64,000 nucleotides of DNA, taken from assembly GCF_009914755.1 (NCBI RefSeq), contig NC_060926.1. One strand, given 5' to 3'. This document shows, piece by piece, positions 55,778-64,000 of this stretch (its first letter is position 1; each line of letters begins with the position of its first letter). The notes under the pieces are model-generated. The model worked only from the letters and a program-made list of their open reading frames with translations. It did no database searches and was not told the DNA's origin. The translations under genes were made by a program, and so were the position numbers. Source of the stretch: the human T2T-CHM13v2.0 reference genome, Homo sapiens.

Positions 55778-57236
55778 AAGAAACCTGCACATGGGCCTTT
55801 TGAATCTAACATTTAAAAATTTTTAAAGTATACTGTATATATGGAATCGCCAAGATGTCAACATTCTTGACTTTAAAACTATCAGGAAATAGAGCAGCCT
55901 TAGCACAAACCACAAAGGACACAGCGGCTAACAAAGAAAACAAATGCTTTAGTTGACATGTACTGAAACAGGCTTTGCCAGTATCTGGGGTTATAAATGA
56001 TGCCAAAGAACCACTTACCCTGAGGTATTTTGCCAGTGTTTTCTCCAGCTCTCCTACTCTATTTTAACTTAATTTTAACTGAAAGATAGAGTGTATAGCT
56101 TAGAGGAAAAAAGCATAAGTTTTCTCCCATCCATAAGAAGTCAGTACTTGACTTCTACAGGAGACAGTTAACTAATTAACTCATTAAATTAGAGACAATT
56201 ACTTGGCAATGTCTGTAAGCCTGTTGCCTGAACAACACAACCAAAGAGGGAGTTTAGATCTGAAACTAGAATCTATCTACCCACAGTCAGTCAAAAATGC
56301 TAAAATATTTTAGGTATTATGCTAACAAAGAAAAGCTGGTACCTCAAAAATTGGTGATATATTTAAATCAGGGGTTTGGGTTTTTTTTTTTTGGGCGGGG
56401 GGGGGGGACTCAAGTGATCCTCCCACCTCAGCCTCCTGAGTAGCTGGGACCACAGGTACGTGCCACCATGCTCAGCTAAGTTTTTCAGTTTTTATTTTTT
56501 TGTAAAGATGGGGGTCCCACTAGGTTGCCCCCCCACACACACATACACACTTAGTATAGCAAGCAATTTAATAGTTTCATAATATAATTTTCATTTTGTT
56601 CCTGTGTTTTCAAAGGATGAACTAAAATGACTTTAGATGAAATTACCCAAGTATGTCTATACTCCAAGTAACTTTAGAGTTTATCATTTTCCATTTCAAA
56701 GATATCTCTTAAGCAGTTGTATATCCCTCTGGGGCAAGAAGTCAAGGACACATGGAAGACATTGACATAAAGTAGCTGACAGTATCTGAAATGTATCTGA
56801 AATAGCTGGTCCATTTTCTTGATTAAACTTTTTCCAAGCCCAACTCAAGTATTTGAAATGTAAAAGAACATACAGCTTTGACATTTCCAGAAATATTTAA
56901 ATTTACATTGAGTATAGTTAGCATGTGCTCAGGAAAGCCTTAACATTCTAAAGCTTAAGAAATAAAATAGATCTCATGAGATTAGAATCCTCATACATTT
57001 AATCAAAATTATTGTCTATAAAAGATGGCAGGGTTTCACATACAGATGTGTATCATAATTACACTGAACTATCTCTAGCTCCAAATGAGAAGATCATGCC
57101 ATTTAAAAATGTTTTGCCTACCAAGCCAACAGATCAACATACCAAGGCTTCAACTGACTGGAATAAACTGGATAGCAATAACTCCTTTGCAATTTACCAA
57201 ATTTAACCTTAAGTGACCTTTAGGATGTATGCAACC

Positions 57237-57540
57237 GGCTGGGCACGGTGGCTCACACCTGTAATCCCAGCACTTTGGGAGGCCGAGGCGGGTGGATCAC
57301 GAGCTCAGGAGTTTGAGACCAGCCTGGCCAACATAGCGAAACCCCATCTCTACTAAAAATACAAAAATTAGCCAGGCCTGATGGTGGGTGCCTTCAATCC
57401 CAGCTACTCGAGAGGCGGAGGCAGGAGAATCACTTGAACCCAGGAGGCGGAGGTTGCAGTAAGCCGAGATCGTGCCACTCACTGCACTCCAGCCTGGGCG
57501 ACCAGAAGAAGACTCCATCCCAGGAAAAAAAAAAAAAAAA
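57237..57540 (+). mobile_element. AluS
   Basis: TSD aggatgtatgcaacc. Confidence 0.9.
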
Positions 57541-60072
57541 GGATGTATGCAACCTATATTATTATATTAACTACACATTACAAAGACTGACACACAACCC
57601 TAAATTTCCACTAAGAAAAAAAGGTTAACTTAAAATTCAATGATTTGAATGAGCATAAAGCCCAAACACTCTAAATGATACAAATTACTTGTTTAAATAG
57701 TTTAAGTTCATAAACAGATCCTTTGATGTTTTATATCTCTAAAAGATATTCCAGAGACTATAAAGAAAAATTCTGATGTGTTGTGACTAGAAAACTGGTT
57801 ACTTTTAAAAAATTATATGGTGTATCAAGATTAAGGATTTTTGAAGTATGCACATCAAAACTAAGGCAATATATCTAGAAACACTGCTTTTTAAGCCAAA
57901 AATCTGCTGAGATCAAATCTTTCAGGTTATTTTGCATTCATTTTGAAACTGTGTACCAGGCACTATGCCTGGTGCCTGGTACTGGGGATGCAGAGATCAA
58001 CAAGACATAGTGCCTGCTGTCAAGTAGCTCAGAGATGATGGCACGACGGACACTAAAACTGGGTCAGAAAACTTGGGTTCTAAACTCCTGTGCCATTAAC
58101 TCAAGAATTTTTGGGCAAAACATGCAGATTCTTGGAGTCTCTTCTTTAACAAGGGTTTGCAGAAAAATTGCTGTCCTATTGTGAGGCAAAAATGACACCT
58201 TGAACACCAAAGTACTTCAAAATTGTAAAATATAACTTGAAATAGTTAGTAAAATGCTTAGAAACAGAAAAGCATAGGATCTCTATTTCCCTCCTTGCTT
58301 AGTGAATTCTTCTGCTTTTGCCCAAACATGAAGAAATTATTGTTCTAACCTTTCATCTCTCTCCAAGCCAGAGTTTCCCTGGGTTGGCTTCCAGTATTCC
58401 TGGGCTTACCACGAGATCGGTCCTGACTGGTCTAGGCAGCTTTATCTCTGTCTAACCAACATGTGGCTGTAATATGAGTCAAAACAAACTGTTCCTCCAT
58501 TACTTTGTTCCAACTGAGATGAACTGACATTTTCAGATCTTAACATCCTTTCAATTTCAGTAATTCAAATGACAATATCATGAAGTTTAGTAACTACAGA
58601 TATCTCATAGAGCATTTCCCACATAGAAAAATGAATTATTTGAACAATAAAAGAGGACAATATGTACCAAGGCAAGTACTGAGTATATGAAGCTAGTTCT
58701 CTTACTGTCCTTCACTATTATGGCTCTTACTTCCAACAGAAGCCAAATTTAGTCAGGAATGCATGCCCTTTCACTACACAAGCACTCTACATAAGGAGCA
58801 AAGACCACAGCAGATCTGACACACAAACCCTGTTAAACAGTACAATGTGTAATTTGCCTTATTATGTTAGTTCAATTAGAATAAAAGAGCATTCTATCAT
58901 AAATAATACTTTATAAGAAAAAAATTATTTTAAATACATATGGCCAGTTTGATTTTTTAACAACTTTATTAAGCCATATTAATTTTTAAAAACAAGGATT
59001 TTAATTAGTAATGTAAAATTTTTCCAATGTTACTCAAATCAACTACATGAGCATTAGGGAAAAGCAGTTGTATAAATCTAATTTTGATTAGCACTTTCAG
59101 TTGCATATTTTGGATATACTAGAAACAAAACCTTTTACTGATTTTGCTAAAAAAATATTATTCAGTGCTCTGTCTTCCTAACTCAGATTGCTTCCATGAA
59201 TACTATGTGCTTATTTTTGTTGTTGTTTTAATATATTTTCACTGTCCACTATAGTAAGCCCTACTGTCAGCTACTGAATGATGCAATTTCTAACACAGCA
59301 GGGAGGTAAAGACCCTTATTAATCAATGAAATCAATTGAAGCTACCATAATAAAGAAGATCTACCAAAACAATTTTCCACTCAAAATAACCAAAAACCTT
59401 GGAAATAAAATAATGACCCAAAGAACCCAATAACTGGAACTAGAATGCTTCCCAAGGCAGATTAAGTTGAATAATTAATTTGCATCATTCCTTAAATAAA
59501 TACTTTAGTCTCTTAGTCTAAGTAACCATGGGAACATACAAGAAGCATATATATGTATAAGCTTGGGCAAATCATGTCGCTTTGACAATCAAGGTGCTGC
59601 TCCTAGGGGGATGGAATGCCTTAATGTTGATAAGCCTTGATTAAATACCAAGATTTTTACCAAAGAGAAATAAGGACCTTTAACATAGCAGGGTGCAGAA
59701 AGTATTAAAAGATCTAAGAAACAGATCAACCAAATGCAATGTATGAATCTAGCTTGGATCCTGCTTTTTAACAAAGCTACTTAAAAATATATGAAACAAT
59801 CAGAGAACTTCGACACTCAAAAGAAATTGATGATAAGACTTTTTTTAGGTGTGATAATGGTGTTATGATTTGGTTAGTTTTTCAGAGTGTTTATCTTTAG
59901 GAGCTACATACTGAACTATTTATGGATACTGCAAGATGATGTCTGAGAACTGCTTCAAAATAAGCCACTGTGGCTGTAATACAGATGAAGCAAGGTTAGC
60001 CATGATAATTGGTGACACTGGAATGACAGATATATGGTGATTCATTATACCATTTTCTCTTTTTTTGTATGA

Positions 60073-60590
<518 letters not shown>

Positions 60591-60759
60591 ATCATTATTC
60601 TATTTCCTCTAGATTTGTATATGTTTGAAATTTTTCATAACAAAGTTATTTAAAGGGCTACAGAAAAATAATGAAACAATTCTTTACACACTAACATACC
60701 TGTATCTCCAAATAATATTAAGTAAAAAAGGCGAATTGTATTAAAATATATAAAGCAAA

Positions 60760-60960
60760 GCTCCTCCGTTTACTGTATATCCTTGAACAAGCTACTTAAC
60801 CTTTCTGGGGCTTAGTTTCCTCATCTGTAAAATGGGAATACTAATCGTTCCTACCTTATAGAGTTGTTCTGAGGATTAAATATGATGATTTATATAAAAT
60901 ACTTAAAATAGTGCCTGATACATAACAGTGACACAGTAAGCATTAGCTATTATTATTTAT
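60760..60960 (+). mobile_element. MIR
   Basis: cttagtttcctcatctgtaaaatgggaata core. Confidence 0.85.
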
Positions 60961-60969
60961 GTTTTTTAA

Positions 60970-61294
<325 letters not shown>

Positions 61295-61380
61295 AAAACC
61301 CCATATTTTCTGTGTAAATGTATGGGGAAAGATCAGAAAGAAACACGACCAAGAACAGTGGTTACCTCTTAGGTGGCAGG

Positions 61381-61477
61381 GAATTATTGGCTTTTGGGGT
61401 AGAGCTCAGGAAGGACTTCAAGCCTTCAGAAGTATTGGCTTTTGGGGTAGAGCTCAGGAAGGACTTCAAGCCTTCAG
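61381..61477. repeat. 48-bp tandem duplication
   Basis: tattggcttttggggtagagctcaggaaggacttcaagccttcag exact at 61385-61429 and 61433-61477. Confidence 0.95.
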
Positions 61478-62109
61478 CTTTATACAGAATGTTCTATTTT
61501 TTTAAAAAAGTATTAATGTAGGGATGTGTAATTTAAGCAGCTCTAGGCTATGAGTCCTTTAAAAACAGGGATACCTTATTCATCCTCATACCTCTAGCAC
61601 CTTGCACAGTACCTGGCTCTTTGTAGGACAATCAATAGCAATCTGTGTTGAACAGATCTGCTGAAAATAATGAGCCATGGGATGGGAGGGGTAGGGTAAG
61701 GACAGAAAAGAAGATGGGGAGAGGAAGACCACCATAAGAAAAAGACTAGAAAGAAGACTGAGAGAAAAAATTTTTCTGAAGAAAAAATGAGGTGAGGATA
61801 CATTTCTTCTTCAGGGGTCCTAATTTTGGTTATTTTTTGTCATTTCACTTAAGGTATTTTTGCAGATAGTATGACAGCTGCACTGGAATGTTCTAGAAAG
61901 CTACCAAATACAGCAGTGTTGACTTGGAGGCACAGAATCTCTTGCCATCTCTGTCTCCCAGCCTCCCTGAGTCACCCCTAGGCTTCCAGGTTTTCCAATC
62001 CCTTATATGCTATACATAAACAGTTCTTGGTTTTAATGTGCCTAGCTTTCCTTCCCCCCTTCTGGTAACTGCATGCTAATTTTTCTTGAACATACACACC
62101 TCCCTCACC

Positions 62110-62490
62110 CTCAATTTACACAGGTCATTCAAATGGGGCTGACTCAACTGAACAGTTCCAGAGGTGAGCATGTGAACCAGATCTGGCCAATGAGAACACT
62201 GCCTCCTTCTAGTACATGGGTTTTCTTGGGGTATTAGGGAGGACAATAATTCCTAGACTTAACCTAGAAATTGGAGAAACAGTACCTTTTCTCTGCTGAA
62301 TGGGTAGGATTTTAATCTGGGGATGCTCCACATGGCAAAGCCTGTTTGAGAATGAAGCTAGCACAACAGAAACCAAAACTAAGAGATGAAAGGTGCATGA
62401 TCCCTGGTGACAGCAGTTAAGCTCCTGATCCACTCATGGCTAGAGCCAGTACATTCTAAGCCTACGCATGTTTAACCAAAATTCCTGTCA
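62110..62490 (+). mobile_element. MLT1-type (MaLR) LTR relic
   Basis: gcatgtgaaccagatctggccaatgaga and gcctgtttgagaatgaagctagcaca motifs. Confidence 0.6.
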
Positions 62491-63084
62491 CTGAAGACTG
62501 AAATAGTACTGACTAATATTTTCAAAATGTGTGTTTCTTCCAGTTCTAGAAACCCAACGCTGGCCATAGCAATGGTTTCAGTGGAAGATGCTTTCAGAAA
62601 TTTCCACAGTACTAAGTAAGAGAAATCTGCACAGAACAGGGAGGTGGTGATTTTAAAAAAGAAAGTTACGCACAAAAAAAAAATATGTATTTTTTCAAGT
62701 CTGTGTCTTGGGATTTCAGAGCCTATGGCTGGACCGTTATTCTTTTACACGTCCAGACTGAGCGAATGAAGTTTCAGAAGAAAACTCTGCAAACATCTTC
62801 CATGGTCTCTCGGGTCTCCCAGCCTTAGACTGTGACTATACAACATCTTAGAACCTCATAGACTTGAGAGAAATCGGTATTTGTCAATAACTTCAGATGG
62901 ATGTCTCAAGAATGTAAGTAATTAACTGATTATATGTACATAATCATAAATACATATTAACATCTTAGTCTCTTGACTAGGTCCAGCATAGTCATCTGGA
63001 GAAGACAAGGGACTCAGATCTTATTCAAGAAACAAACAAAACATCCTAATCTCAACTTAGAAGAGAAGGAAAGAGACAAGGAAC

Positions 63085-63290
63085 TAAGCTTTATTTGGTT
63101 CTGCATAGTTTACATGTTATTTTATTTAATCTTTAGAACATCCCTATGTGCTAGGTGTCATTATCCCTTCTTAGACAGATGAGAAAACAGGCTCCAAAAG
63201 TAAACACCTGAGCTCAAAAGGTTTCAAATGAGGATTCAAACCCAGGTTAGACTACAAATCCCATGTAGGCTCCAGGTACACTCTGCTGCC
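63085..63290 (-). mobile_element. MIR
   Basis: acagatgagaaaacaggctc...ggattcaaacccagg. Confidence 0.7.
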
Positions 63291-63689
63291 CTCTGGATGA
63301 AAAGGAGTTTCATCCAGCTCAAGATGTTCTAGGAACTCTATAGACAGGAGGACATTAAATTGAAAGAATCGGCCAGGCGTAGTGGCTCACGCCTGTAATC
63401 CCAGTACTTTGGGAGGCCATTTACCCCCATACTTAATTACCAATGCTTCAGGCACACTGGCCTTTCTGTTTGTTGAACACATCAAACCCTTTTCTATATC
63501 TAAGCTTTGTACGTGTGAGCCCTTTGGAATTCCCTCCACCACTTCACCCTCATTCCCTTTTAGTTCTCAGCTCTTAATATTGCCTCCTAAGGGCCCTTCA
63601 CTGACCACTCTCTTGAAAAATGATTTAAAAAATGATGGCCCTTCTCATTATTCTGTTTACTTCCTTGGACGTGTCACAATCTGTAGTAA

Positions 63690-64000
63690 GCTTTTTTTTG
63701 TTTGTTTTGTTTTTTGTTTTGTTTTAAGAGACAGGGTCTTACTCTATCACCCAGGCTGGAGTGCAGTAGCATGACCCTAGCTCACTGTAACCTCAGACTC
63801 CTGGGCTCACATGATCTTCCTTCCTCAGCCTTCCTAGTAGCTAGGACTACAAGCACAGGCCACCATGCCTGGCTAATTTCTTTTCTTTTTTATCTTTTTT
63901 TTTTTTTTTGTAGAGACAGAATCTCACTTTTTTGGCCAGGCTGGTCTCAAACTAGTGGCCTCAAGTGATCCTCCTGCTTCAGCCTCCCAAAGAGGTGGGA
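63690..64000 (-). mobile_element. AluJ (runs off the window)
   Basis: Reverse-complement Alu with (TTTG)n tail. Confidence 0.85.

Larger units (their letters stand above)
54525..55815 (+). mobile_element. L1MA-type 3' fragment split by a MER51 LTR and an AluY
   Basis: gaatactatgcagccataaaaaag...ggaggccattatcctaag; resumes ggtacacatggacataaaga. Confidence 0.8.

Overview
Human (primate) genomic DNA lying entirely inside SLC25A12 (aralar/AGC1, Ca2+-regulated mitochondrial aspartate/glutamate carrier) on the minus strand. Seven coding exons (3-9; 864 nt; residues ~23-310, the EF-hand regulatory domain) are recovered with GT-AG ends and consistent phases. The rest is intron: about 50 Alus (one very young AluYa-type), an SVA in sense orientation, a defective MER51-type ERV1 provirus (5' LTR, tRNA-Arg PBS, gag and env relics, disrupted 3' LTR), a MER51 solo LTR, a truncated U6 retrocopy, MER20, and L1/L2/MIR/MLT relics. 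I found no new protein-coding system; almost all listed ORFs are repeat-derived noise. The most unusual signal is structural: three separate local inverted templated insertions of different ages (77, 125 and ~322 bp, each a reverse-complement copy of sequence 0.4-1.8 kb away). Two of them copy an Alu 5' end plus its unique flank. There is also a ~1 kb non-retroviral-looking segment replacing pro-pol in the provirus, and an SVA lacking its 3' target-site copy. Repeat subfamily names and the boundaries of old repeats are by eye and approximate.
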